A stretch of 64,000 bases of DNA from an uncultured delta proteobacterium (lineage in GTDB: Bacteria; Desulfobacterota; Binatia; UBA9968): positions 160,001 to 224,000 of the forward strand of contig CAWDPO010000035.1 of NCBI GenBank assembly GCA_963804165.1, in the 5' to 3' direction. A program made the position numbers and the translations under genes. This document shows positions 41,947 to 50,717 of this stretch, in pieces. Below the pieces are notes generated by a model, which saw only the letters and a list, made by a program, of their open reading frames with translations, had not been told where the DNA came from and did no database searches. Position 1 is the first letter of the stretch; each line of letters begins with the position of its first letter.

Positions 41947-42426
41947 CTATTCCTTGCGAATGAACGTGCCGCTCTTGCCACCGCTCTTTTTCACCAGGCG
42001 GATCTCACCGATGGTCATCTCGCGATCGACGGCTTTGCACATATCGTAAATCGTCAGGCCCGCCACCGCCACCGCTGTCATCGCTTCCATCTCGACGCCG
42101 GTTTTGCCGCTCACGTGCACTGTGGCTTCGATATCCACGCGCGCGGGGTCGCGCGCGGCAGTGAGATCGATCTCCACAGACGTGATGTTTAGGGGGTGGC
42201 ACATGGGGATCAATTCAGAAGTCTTTTTCGCCGCCATGATGCCGGCGACGCGGGCGACCGAAAACACGTCGCCCTTTTCGATTTTGTCTTCGAGGATCAG
42301 CGCTAGAGTTTCCGCGCGCATGTGAATGGCGCCGCGGGCGACGGCGGTTCGGCTAGTGGTTTCTTTCGCACTCACGTCGACCATGCGCGCGCGCCCCTGC
42401 TCATCCAGATGACTCAGTTCTGCCAT
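41947..42426 (-). CDS. moaC: Cyclic pyranopterin monophosphate synthase
   Basis: [30 protein letters not shown] and KSGGKSG motifs. Confidence 0.97.
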   Translation of the reverse strand: MAELSHLDEQGRARMVDVSAKETTSRTAVARGAIHMRAETLALILEDKIEKGDVFSVARVAGIMAAKKTSELIPMCHPLNITSVEIDLTAARDPARVDIEATVHVSGKTGVEMEAMTAVAVAGLTIYDMCKAVDREMTIGEIRLVKKSGGKSGTFIRKE

Positions 42427-42550
42427 ACATACCCACTTTCAAAATTGATCGACGAACTTGTCGCCAAATTGATCCGTCAACGGCAGCGCTCGGTCGTTGT
42501 GACGGACTACCTTTCTTTCTGCGTCGACGTTTTTATGTTACAGAAACCTC

Positions 42551-43492
42551 ATGGATAAGAAAAGCCACTATCGTGTCATTATTTTAGGATCCGGCGCCGC
42601 GGGGCTTACGGCGGCGATTTACGCCGCTCGGGCCAATCTTCAGCCGCTCGTCATCGAAGGATCACAACCGGGTGGGCAATTAACGATCACAACCGACGTC
42701 GAAAACTATCCGGGGTTTCCCCAGGGCATTATGGGTCCCGAAATGATGGAGGAGTTCAAAAAGCAAGCCGTCCGCTTCGGCACGGAGACTTTATTCGGCG
42801 AAGTCACCTCGGTAAATTTAAAAAAGCGGCCGTTCGAGATCGCGGTGGGCAAGGAAAGTTATAGTTGCGATGCGCTGATCGTCGCCACCGGCGCGACCGC
42901 GAAACTGCTGGGTCTTGAATCGGAAATGAAGCTCATGGGGCACGGCGTTTCGGCTTGTGCGACGTGCGACGGATTTTTCTTCAAAGACAAAGAATTGGTC
43001 GTGGTCGGCGGCGGCGATACCGCGATGGAGGAAGCGACGTTTCTCACAAAATTTGCCTCGAAGGTATCGGTTGCGCACCGCCGCGACCAACTGCGCGCGT
43101 CGAAAATCATGCAGGATCGCGCGGAGAAAAATCCCAAGATCTCGTTTGTCTGGGATACTGTAGTCGAGGAAGTCTACGGCGACCCGAAAGCCGGAGGAGT
43201 CACCGGAGTCAGATTCAAGAACGTAAAAACCGGCATGACCGAAGACTTCAAAACGGACGGACTATTTATCGCCATCGGCCACGAACCGAACAGCAAGCTC
43301 TTCGTCGGTCAATTAGATTTAAATCCCAGCGGCTACATACTCACTCACGACGGTACCAAAACCAACATCTCCGGCGTTTTCGCCTGCGGCGACGTGCAAG
43401 ACCACATTTATCGCCAAGCGGTTACCGCCGCGGGCACCGGCTGTATGGCGGCGATCGATGCGGAGAGGTTTTTAGAAAGCCAGGAAGGGTGA
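42551..43492 (+). CDS. trxB: Thioredoxin-disulfide reductase
   Basis: GSGAAG, VENYPGF, CATCDG, GGGDTA and YRQAVTAAG motifs. Confidence 0.97.
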   Translation: MDKKSHYRVIILGSGAAGLTAAIYAARANLQPLVIEGSQPGGQLTITTDVENYPGFPQGIMGPEMMEEFKKQAVRFGTETLFGEVTSVNLKKRPFEIAVGKESYSCDALIVATGATAKLLGLESEMKLMGHGVSACATCDGFFFKDKELVVVGGGDTAMEEATFLTKFASKVSVAHRRDQLRASKIMQDRAEKNPKISFVWDTVVEEVYGDPKAGGVTGVRFKNVKTGMTEDFKTDGLFIAIGHEPNSKLFVGQLDLNPSGYILTHDGTKTNISGVFACGDVQDHIYRQAVTAAGTGCMAAIDAERFLESQEG

Positions 43493-44312
43493 GATCCATC
43501 GGCGGGATGACGCTGGCCCTGATCCGCAGCCGTCTCGGCAGCCGGGTCCAGCGCCTCGTTAGGCGCCATAGCGCGCCAGATTGACCGGCCATCGCGTCTC
43601 CCAATATGCAGTTTAGTAAGAAAGGGCCCATTTCGACTTCGCTACCTTCGCGGGCACTGATCACTTCACGGCAGGCCTGGGTAGCCACAGCGTGCAAATC
43701 ACCGTGAACCATTCGGTTGATCACAACCTCGAGTCGGATTTCAGAAGGGATGCCTGTGGCTCGCATCGCGGCATCGAACGCGTCGGCAATCCGCGTTAGA
43801 CGGGAGGCCCAATCCTGATTGTGAAGATGCAACCGCTTGCACTCGCAGACGACGCGACCGATCGGCGTCTGTAGTTCAAAATCTGGCCGCTTCCGTCGGC
43901 CGAGTACTGTGTAGCTTGGCTCGAATCGCAACCTTTTCACTGTCGGTCGTTGGACACACCAGCGTGCCATTCGAACCTCGAACAGCGCGTCGTCAAACTG
44001 TGTTGGATTTTCGAAGCCTCGAAGTAGGGCAGCAAAGTTGTCACAGCGAGACAGTATCTGCAGTGCCGAACCTAGTTCGACAGCTTCTGGGACAGCGAGC
44101 CATCGTTGGTTCTTATAACCCGCAGGAAGGGCAAAGCCGCCGTAACGCCAGACCATCCAATCTCTTGGCTGGAGATGTTTCACAAGAGAGGCCAAGCCGT
44201 CGACGATTTCAGCAGACGCGAGTTTGTCCTCCCTGTTGGAGATGATGTGTCGCTCAGCCAGCCTCTCCCGGCCGACAGGCGTTCGAATATCAAACTCGCT
44301 CTGTGACTGCAT
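43422..44312 (-). CDS. Hypothetical PD-(D/E)XK nuclease-like protein; 3' end probably truncated, reading through the attC-like site into trxB
   Basis: LFEVRMA...KRPDFELQ...VVCECKRL pattern; the last ~50 codons overlap the attC-like site and the trxB 3' end on the opposite strand. Confidence 0.55.
   Translation of the reverse strand: MQSQSEFDIRTPVGRERLAERHIISNREDKLASAEIVDGLASLVKHLQPRDWMVWRYGGFALPAGYKNQRWLAVPEAVELGSALQILSRCDNFAALLRGFENPTQFDDALFEVRMARWCVQRPTVKRLRFEPSYTVLGRRKRPDFELQTPIGRVVCECKRLHLHNQDWASRLTRIADAFDAAMRATGIPSEIRLEVVINRMVHGDLHAVATQACREVISAREGSEVEMGPFLLNCILGDAMAGQSGALWRLTRRWTRLPRRLRIRASVIPPMDLTLPGFLKTSPHRSPPYSRCPRR
43505..43564 (-). mobile_element. attC-like integron cassette recombination site (degenerate R')
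   Basis: Minus strand GCCTAAC-GAGGC-GCTGGACCC-GGCTGCCGAGACGGCTGC-GGATCAGG-GCCAGC-GTCATCC, matching R''/L''/loop/L'/R' organisation. Confidence 0.7.
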
Positions 44313-44354
44313 CAAGCCTCGCGAGGGAGCCGCAACCTTTTTTCTTCCACACCC

Positions 44355-44416
44355 GCTCAAACCGTTTACGATCAACCGGCGCTGTTAAGCGATCGTTCTG
44401 ACGCAAGTTGTTAACG
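44355..44416 (-). mobile_element. Degenerate attC-like site
   Basis: Minus strand CGTTAAC-AACTT-GCGTCAGAACG-ATCGCTTAACAGCG-CCGGTTGATC-GTAAAC-GGTTTGAG at the 3' end of the upstream gene. Confidence 0.4.
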
Positions 44417-45056
44417 ATTCATATGTCTTAAGGAATTGTCCATATGCCATGAGAGCATTATCTAAACGCTTGTTTGCCTGGACGACCATGTTTACATCAT
44501 GCTCATCTATGTGCAGGTCTTCCCGAAGGCTTTTCGCCATTGTGTGAAATTGGTCGGCATAAGCGCGAAACGATTCGATGGTGTTCGGAGCGGGTGAATT
44601 GAACAGAAGAGAGCGTGCTCGAAAAACATGCTGGTCAGCAATTGGCCACCGCCATGGCTGGGCCATATGGAATAAGAAAAGTTGCCAAATGATCCCATTA
44701 GGAAACACTTCCTGTGTGACTTCGGCAAACTCACTCTCGGAGAGCCTACTGCCTCGGAACTGATTGATCCGCTCCAGCCTTTCGAGCACTCTCTGAACTC
44801 GTCGGTTGGGTGCAGCGCTTCCCTTCGACTCCTGTTTCGGATGGGTCAGCATCCGAGGATCTTTCCAACGAAGTAAGCGAGTGACGTTTTGCTCCGAGAG
44901 GTTATGACTCAGGTTCAGTTCCTGAAAATAGTCGATCAGTTCCGGGGAATTAGATAGACGAACGTTACCTCGGTAGAAACGCTCCCAGCACTCTACGAAC
45001 TGTTTGATCCGTTTCGTGTCTACGCCACGAAACGCCTGGCAATCTAAGACGTACAT
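44385..45056 (-). CDS. Hypothetical protein, HhH-GPD DNA glycosylase-like
   Basis: LLRWKD, GIIWQLFLFH, PIADQHVFRA and LDNALMAYG motifs; ATG about 8 nt after an attC-like R'. Confidence 0.6.
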   Translation of the reverse strand: MYVLDCQAFRGVDTKRIKQFVECWERFYRGNVRLSNSPELIDYFQELNLSHNLSEQNVTRLLRWKDPRMLTHPKQESKGSAAPNRRVQRVLERLERINQFRGSRLSESEFAEVTQEVFPNGIIWQLFLFHMAQPWRWPIADQHVFRARSLLFNSPAPNTIESFRAYADQFHTMAKSLREDLHIDEHDVNMVVQANKRLDNALMAYGQFLKTYESLTTCVRTIA

Positions 45057-45064
45057 AGTGGTAC

Positions 45065-45147
45065 CGCTAAGCGTGTAGTCTGAGCGGCGTCTTCACGAAC
45101 GCTACGACGAACAGGTGCAATCTCTCGCTGTCCTCGTGGTGTTAGAC
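45065..45147 (-). mobile_element. Degenerate attC-like site
   Basis: Minus strand GTCTAAC (contains the stop of the upstream reading frame) ... GCCGCTCAG-ACTACAC-GCTTAGCG. Confidence 0.55.
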
Positions 45148-45420
45148 TGTGACCTTTCTCGGGGCAATGATTGCTCGTGCAACCGTCCTCGGAGAGGACC
45201 CCGCTACTACTTCTGTGATTGCAATTAACACCTGATTATCCACTGCCTTCACTTCAGTGACTAATCGAGGCTGCTTCCCCAAAAAGCAGTTGAGCAGTAG
45301 TTCCGCGTCCAATACATGCTCGGTAGATTCGCGCTTGAACGTGATGAAACCCTCATAAAGACCTATCTCAGACGGCCTCTTCGCTTCTGGCTGCTTTTCG
45401 ATCGGTGACAGGGGCTGCAG
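45142..45420 (-). pseudogene. Start-less 3' gene fragment (92 codons, LQPLSPIEKQ...IIAPRKVTV*)
   Basis: Open frame ends in TAA inside the attC-like R'' box and begins at the transposase remnant junction. Confidence 0.45.
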
Positions 45421-45422
45421 GG

Positions 45423-45860
45423 TCAGTCCTTTACTTTATAGCGCTTTAGGACTGCGTCCATCTTCCTGCTGGTCTTCCCGTCCTCAATTTTCGTCTGGAT
45501 CTGTGAAATCCGCGCAGGGGATACTCCCACGCGTCGAGCCACATCTCCCAACGGAAGATTTGCTACCCGGCGCATCAAATAGGCTGCTGACCAATACGCC
45601 TCCACGTGATTCCTGTCGAGTACTTCAGATGCCGATATACCATAAGCGGAACCAACCATGTTAATGATGCCACGTAGACTCGGAGTCAGTGGTTTTCTTT
45701 GGGCTTTGGTGATCCCTCGCGCGGCCCTTCGATCGACCATATTTTGCATGCGGCGGAGAAATTCTTCCTCTCCCAAATAGATTTGTCCGTTCAAATACTC
45801 CCATATCGACTGACCCTGTTCCTTGCTCGTGTGATAAGAAACGATTTTGCTTCGGCGTTA
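45423..45860 (-). mobile_element. C-terminal remnant of a REP-associated/IS200-like tyrosine transposase with DnaA-C-like HTH
   Basis: SIWEYLNGQIYLGEEEFL motif, HTH-like LGDVARRVGVSPARISQ, ends KVKD* in CTGACCC; HUH catalytic N-terminus absent. Confidence 0.6.
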
Positions 45861-46025
45861 TTCATCGATCAGAGCGCGATTATGCCGGACAACGAGGTAA
45901 GAGGCCCACGGAGAAAATTCCCCCTTTGAGAAAGGTAATAATATGTTTGACTGACCTTGACTGAGGGGCGACCCCTGATGTTACAAGAATCTTTCGGGCC
46001 ATTCGACGGTTCGGGGGATCTGATT

Positions 46026-47721
46026 ATGAGCGACGATAATCGTGTGATTTTGGATGAGATTATTAAACAGGAACACGCGAAAAATAACCCCAAGCTCGAT
46101 GATAGTAAATATTTCGAGCTTTTTGCTTCCGATCAGGTTCTTAAGAGTCGGGCTTTCGATGTGGACCATGACCAACTCCGATCTGGAAATTTTGGAAGTG
46201 GTGATGATGGCGGGGTCGATTCGATTTATCTTTTTGTTAATCGGAAACTAATTAGAGAAGATACTGACCTTAGTGCGTTTAAAGATCAGCAGCTAGACAT
46301 TGAACTAGTTATTATCCAGGCAACGCAGAGCCCATCATTTACGGAAGCTAGGATGATGAAGCTTTTGGATTTCACGGAAAATTGCCTGCGTTTGAATTCG
46401 GATTTATCAAAGCTTCCGAAGAAACTCTACAACCAACAACTTCTCGATAACGTAGCGCGATTCCATGCTGTTTATAAAGGTGCGCTGTTAAATCGCCCCT
46501 CTTTAAATATCGCCTATTACTACGTCAGTCTCGGCGAGGAAATACACCCAAAAGTAACAGCACGACACGAAACGCTGATGGGTCGTCTTGGTGAGTTTTA
46601 TTCGATCGCAAAGTTGAGCTTTGAGTTTGTCGGCGCAAAGCCGCTTTTGAGTCTATATTACAAACAACCAACCAAGACTTATACGCTTGAAGCCGTCAAA
46701 AATTTTAATTGGTCGGTTTATGGTAAGGGTTACGTTTGCCTAGTAACGCTTTCCAAATTCTACGGTTTCATTAGTAACAACGGCGGCTCATTGCTTACAC
46801 ACATTTTTGAAGCAAATGTGCGCGATTATCAGGGAGACGTTCGCGTCAATAAAGAGATCGGAGCAACGCTTGCCACTTCCGGGTCAGATGATTTTTGGTG
46901 GCTCAATAACGGCATCACCATTCTAGCCTCGGAAGTCAGGGCCGATGACAATATTGTCGTCATAACCGATCCAATGATAATCAACGGACTTCAAACGTCT
47001 TATAAGATTCATGAACACTTTCAAAAGGCTGGGGGAGAAGATAAGCGAACAATTTTGGTCCGCATTATAGAAAACACAGACACTCAAAGCGTGGACCGCA
47101 TTATTAAGGCGACAAATAGCCAAACGAGTATTCCGGCAGCATGTTTACATCCAACTGAAGAGATTCATCGAAAAATAGAATCGGTGTTTTCGCATCTGGG
47201 TTTAATATGACCGGAGAAAAAACGACTATAGAAACCGAGGAATCTCGGCGAGCAAAATTGTCACGATTCCATATTTGTCGCAGGCTTTGGTCGCTATAGT
47301 CCTGCAACGGCCTGATGACGCTCGTGCGAGACCAACTACGGTTGCGGAAAAAGTTTATGATCAATTATTTAGTGAAACTTTTCCGGTAGAGGCGTACTCG
47401 AAATGCGCTCTGATTTTAAAGCGAGTGGATGAATTTCTCGACGGTCTTTCTATGGATCGCGGGGATAGGCTGAATATACTGTTCTACATAGCTATGTACG
47501 CCACTAGTGCAGCCCTAAAATCACCTCGCCCCAAGACGGAAAGCATAGCGGCAATGAACGTTGCGGCGATCACCGAAGACCTATTGAAGGATTGTTACAG
47601 TAAGGTAATGGCGGAATATTTAAAGCTCGGGGGTGATGATAAGACTGCAAAGGGGCCAGCACTAGTAGATGCTCTGAAAAGCGATCTTCGAGACCGATTT
47701 GGACGCCGGCCGAAATCGTAA
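46026..47721 (+). CDS. AIPR family (abortive-infection-associated) protein, frameshift near 47203
   Basis: DDGGVDS, FEANVRDYQG, FWWLNNGITI, IINGLQTS and ATNSQT motifs; continues as YDRRKN... in another frame. Confidence 0.88.
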
Positions 47722-47842
47722 TCACTTGTAGTGCCGGGGGCGCCTTTTTCTTGACTCTTTGACGCTTCTGTTTATCCATTTGTTCTTTTGCTAAAGGGAA
47801 GAATGCCAGAGCCGCTATTTAGTGAACCTCGGAGACACCACA

Positions 47843-48184
47843 CTACGACCGAAACATGAAATAGACCGCGCCGAGCAGGCACAGGCCGGCCCATAAATAA
47901 TCCAGCTTCATCGGTTCGCGCAGATACAGCACCGCAAAGGGTGCGAATACCGACAGGGTGATCACCTCCTGGGTGATCTTCAATTGCGCCACGCTGAACT
48001 GAGTATAGCCGATGCGGTTTGCCGGCACCTGGAGCAGATACTCGAACAGGGCGATGCCCCAGCTCGCGAGCGCCGCGATGTCCCATTTCCGATCATTGAG
48101 ATTTTTTAAGTGCGCGTACCAGGCAAACGTCATGAATACATTTGACCCGACGAGCAACAAGGTCGTTCGAACGACGACGGACAT
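47843..48184 (-). CDS. DMT-superfamily small membrane protein
   Basis: SNVFMTFAWYAHLK, SWGIALFEYLLQVPANRIG and QLKITQEVITL motifs. Confidence 0.9.
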   Translation of the reverse strand: MSVVVRTTLLLVGSNVFMTFAWYAHLKNLNDRKWDIAALASWGIALFEYLLQVPANRIGYTQFSVAQLKITQEVITLSVFAPFAVLYLREPMKLDYLWAGLCLLGAVYFMFRS

Positions 48185-48212
48185 ATTTACTTCTTCCTCC
48201 AGCCCATTGGCA

Positions 48213-48776
48213 TTATTGAACGCGGCAGCTCGCCCAAAGACCGACTGCTTGGCCGCGAGCGATGCGTTCCAGTTGGCGAAATTCTACAACGTGGCGAAAC
48301 GGGAATCGAGTATACGCATGGGCATATCCCCGGCGGATGAGCTCGGCGTTAAGCATCGTGCCGTCGTCAAAATAAACGTAGGCTAAGGTGCGGCCGTAGC
48401 GATCTTTGTGATTGCGTACTCGGTTAGTTTCGTCGAGAACCAAGCGAATGGCTCGGTGTTCCACCATGCTTCGGGTGAACTCTTTGGCGTCCTTGCCGAA
48501 ACACTGAACAGCTTTATTCGGATGAACGGTTTCCGGCGTATCGACGCCGATGAGTCGCACCCTTTCGTTCGGACTAACCACGATTGTGTCGCCGTCGATC
48601 ACGCGGATGACCAGGCGGCTTTCGGGAGTTTCGTTGCGAGATTCTCTGGATGGCTCGGAAATGCCAGCAAGCGCCTCCTGACGAGATTTCAAACCGGCTT
48701 CGAGCGCCGTGGTGGTGAGCACGCCGAGCAGAAATAGGGTTTTGACGCGCACGATCATCGACTGGAGCAAGAGCAA
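48213..48776 (-). CDS. Thermonuclease (SNase) family protein
   Basis: VIDGDTI, VRLIGVDTPE, DRYGRTLAYV, NAELIRRGYA and GLW motifs. Confidence 0.92.
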   Translation of the reverse strand: MLLLQSMIVRVKTLFLLGVLTTTALEAGLKSRQEALAGISEPSRESRNETPESRLVIRVIDGDTIVVSPNERVRLIGVDTPETVHPNKAVQCFGKDAKEFTRSMVEHRAIRLVLDETNRVRNHKDRYGRTLAYVYFDDGTMLNAELIRRGYAHAYTRFPFRHVVEFRQLERIARGQAVGLWASCRVQ

Positions 48777-48875
48777 TGCCCCGGCGAATGATCATCTTGC
48801 GGCTACCGGGTGCGGGAGCAATTTGCTCGTCGACGGGAGTTCCGGATGCTCATGTAGTGGAGGTACTGAAAAATG

Positions 48876-48964
48876 CCGTTCATCCTTCGATAAGGCTCAG
48901 GACGAACGGAGGGTGGATTAAATCACTGGAGAATTTGCGTGCGTGCCGAGAACCTCGAAGAACG
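48876..48964. repeat. Degenerate REP-like palindrome pair
   Basis: CCGTTCATCCT-TCGATAAGGCTC-AGGACGAACGG hairpin and a companion CGTGCGTGCCGAGAACCTCGAAG. Confidence 0.55.
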
Positions 48965-49019
48965 CCTTCATTTGAGCGACTTGCGAAGCTCAACTCTAGT
49001 TGAAATAACGGGCGAGCGA

Positions 49020-49400
49020 TTACGGTTCGAGTTTTTGGAGTTCTGCGAGAAGGTACTCGCGACTTTTTATTTCACGACCGTCTTTGAATCGGATGAGATA
49101 GGGCTTGCCGGATGTGCCCGACGCGCTCGCGACTTTGTCGATAAAATCACGGGCGGTTTTTACCTCGGCAGCGTTGGCGTCCCATTTTCCGCGCAGGAGG
49201 CGAACGGCACTCGAGACTTCGTAAGTGGAACCGTTGCGGATAAATTTGGCGTCTTTGAGGTCGCCCACCTGTCTAATGAGCGATTCGATTTTCTGTCGCT
49301 CCGCTGCCGGGGCGTTTTGACCGGCGGCGATAGTCGGTAGCAGCATCCCGAAAAACAGCGCCCAGGACAAAACCAATCGGAGGGATTCCTGTCTTCTCAT
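49020..49400 (-). CDS. Secreted DUF5329-like protein
   Basis: FIRNGSTY, TARDFIDKVAS and SGKPY motifs; signal peptide. Confidence 0.8.
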   Translation of the reverse strand: MRRQESLRLVLSWALFFGMLLPTIAAGQNAPAAERQKIESLIRQVGDLKDAKFIRNGSTYEVSSAVRLLRGKWDANAAEVKTARDFIDKVASASGTSGKPYLIRFKDGREIKSREYLLAELQKLEP

Positions 49401-49487
49401 CCATTAGAACTCTTACCTTTTAGACGCCGGTGAAACAAGAATCTTACGCCGTGGTGGCGGTCCCGTCTGCTTTAATGCCCGAAAAAT

Positions 49488-49542
49488 GTAGTGCCCCTCT
49501 GGGTGCCCTCCTACGGGCGACCCTCTGCGGTCGCCCGTAGGA
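49488..49542. repeat. GTAG-type REP-like palindrome; possible terminator of the TTT array
   Basis: Perfect 14-bp inverted repeat TCCTACGGGCGACC-CTCTGC-GGTCGCCCGTAGGA (49509-49542), preceded by GTAGTGCCCCTCTGGGTGCCC. Confidence 0.65.
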
Positions 49543-49568
49543 ATCACCAGAATGACTCTGGCGTTGAT

Positions 49569-50642
49569 CTAATGCGGCGGCAGAGGACCAGCGCCAACCA
49601 ATTTCTTGAAAATCTCAGCAATCTCGGGGTCGCGGGGAATTTCTCTGATCACCTTTTCGTGTGCTTCCGGCATGAGGGGAGTGGCATCGTCGGCAGTCAG
49701 TTTTTTGTATTCTTTGTGAAACTCGGGATCCTTGTAAACCTTGTGAAATGCTTCGCGGAGAATTTGTGCGCGCTCTTTGGGCGTCGCCGGAGGGAGCACA
49801 AATGGCTGGCCGGTAACCCTGAATGCGCGCTGCATCGTCATTATCTTGCGATCCTTTTCGGTTTTTGCGAACGTCTCCAGCTCGGGCAGATTGGCAAAGC
49901 CCGGATGTTTGTCCCCCTTGGGAACTTCAATGATCGAGTGAAAGTCTACGAGGTTTTTTTCGAGCCACTCCGGGTTTCGTCGGAAGACGGTATCCGCACT
50001 GGTCGCCCTGGCGTCGATCTCGCCACGCATCAGCGCTGGGTCGAGTTCGGCTCCACCGTAGCCGGTTACGAAGTTTGGTTCCTTAAGACCGAGTATGTAC
50101 GCGAAGAGACGCCCCTCGTTGTAAGTAGAAAAACCGACAGACTGCCCGCCGATCCTAATCCCCGCAGCGGCTCGAAGTTTCTCGATGCTGCTCAATCCGG
50201 CGTCTTTCCTGGTGACGAAAATGGATTGGTGGCTGCTGAAGGGAGACCCCAGGTAAATGAACTTATCGAGATCGTACAAGACGCCTTTCTCGCCAAGCAC
50301 GGCGACCGCAACCATACCGGAACCGAGGTTGCCGATGGTTAGACCATCGGGCTGCGCCGTTTTGAAAATGTGATTTGCGGCTTTTCGGCTGCCCCCGCCG
50401 GGCATGTACTCGCTCAAAATATTCGGATTGCCCGGAATATATTTTTGTAAGAAGGGAACCACAGCTTTGACTCGTATATCACCCGTGCCGCCGGGATCGC
50501 GGCCTTGAACGATGGTGATAGTCTTGCCTTGATAAAAGGGAGTTTGTGCTAGGGACAACCCCGGGGCAACGAAACAAAAGACCAGCAACGCAGCGATCGT
50601 GACCTGGAGTGAAATATTGATAAAGCTATTTCTTGTTTTCAT
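49569..50642 (-). CDS. TTT substrate-binding protein (Bug/TctC family)
   Basis: PGGTGD, YMPGGG, PDGLT and RIGGQSVG motifs. Confidence 0.88.
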   Translation of the reverse strand: MKTRNSFINISLQVTIAALLVFCFVAPGLSLAQTPFYQGKTITIVQGRDPGGTGDIRVKAVVPFLQKYIPGNPNILSEYMPGGGSRKAANHIFKTAQPDGLTIGNLGSGMVAVAVLGEKGVLYDLDKFIYLGSPFSSHQSIFVTRKDAGLSSIEKLRAAAGIRIGGQSVGFSTYNEGRLFAYILGLKEPNFVTGYGGAELDPALMRGEIDARATSADTVFRRNPEWLEKNLVDFHSIIEVPKGDKHPGFANLPELETFAKTEKDRKIMTMQRAFRVTGQPFVLPPATPKERAQILREAFHKVYKDPEFHKEYKKLTADDATPLMPEAHEKVIREIPRDPEIAEIFKKLVGAGPLPPH

Positions 50643-50664
50643 TGAAGTCCTCCTTCCCGAGAGA

Positions 50665-50703
50665 TTGAACCTTGAACGTGGAACCTTGAACTCCGCGTTG
50701 AAC
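50665..50703 (-). repeat. GTTCAA-core array, 7-bp period
   Basis: TTGAAC/TGGAAC at 50665, 50672, 50679, 50686 and 50698. Confidence 0.75.
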
Positions 50704-50717
50704 TTAAAGCCTAAGCG

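Noticed and set aside
47843-49400. Thermonuclease, DMT and DUF5329 genes as part of the defence island
   Set aside because: These are common stand-alone genes with background-like composition and no attC-like flanks that I could see.
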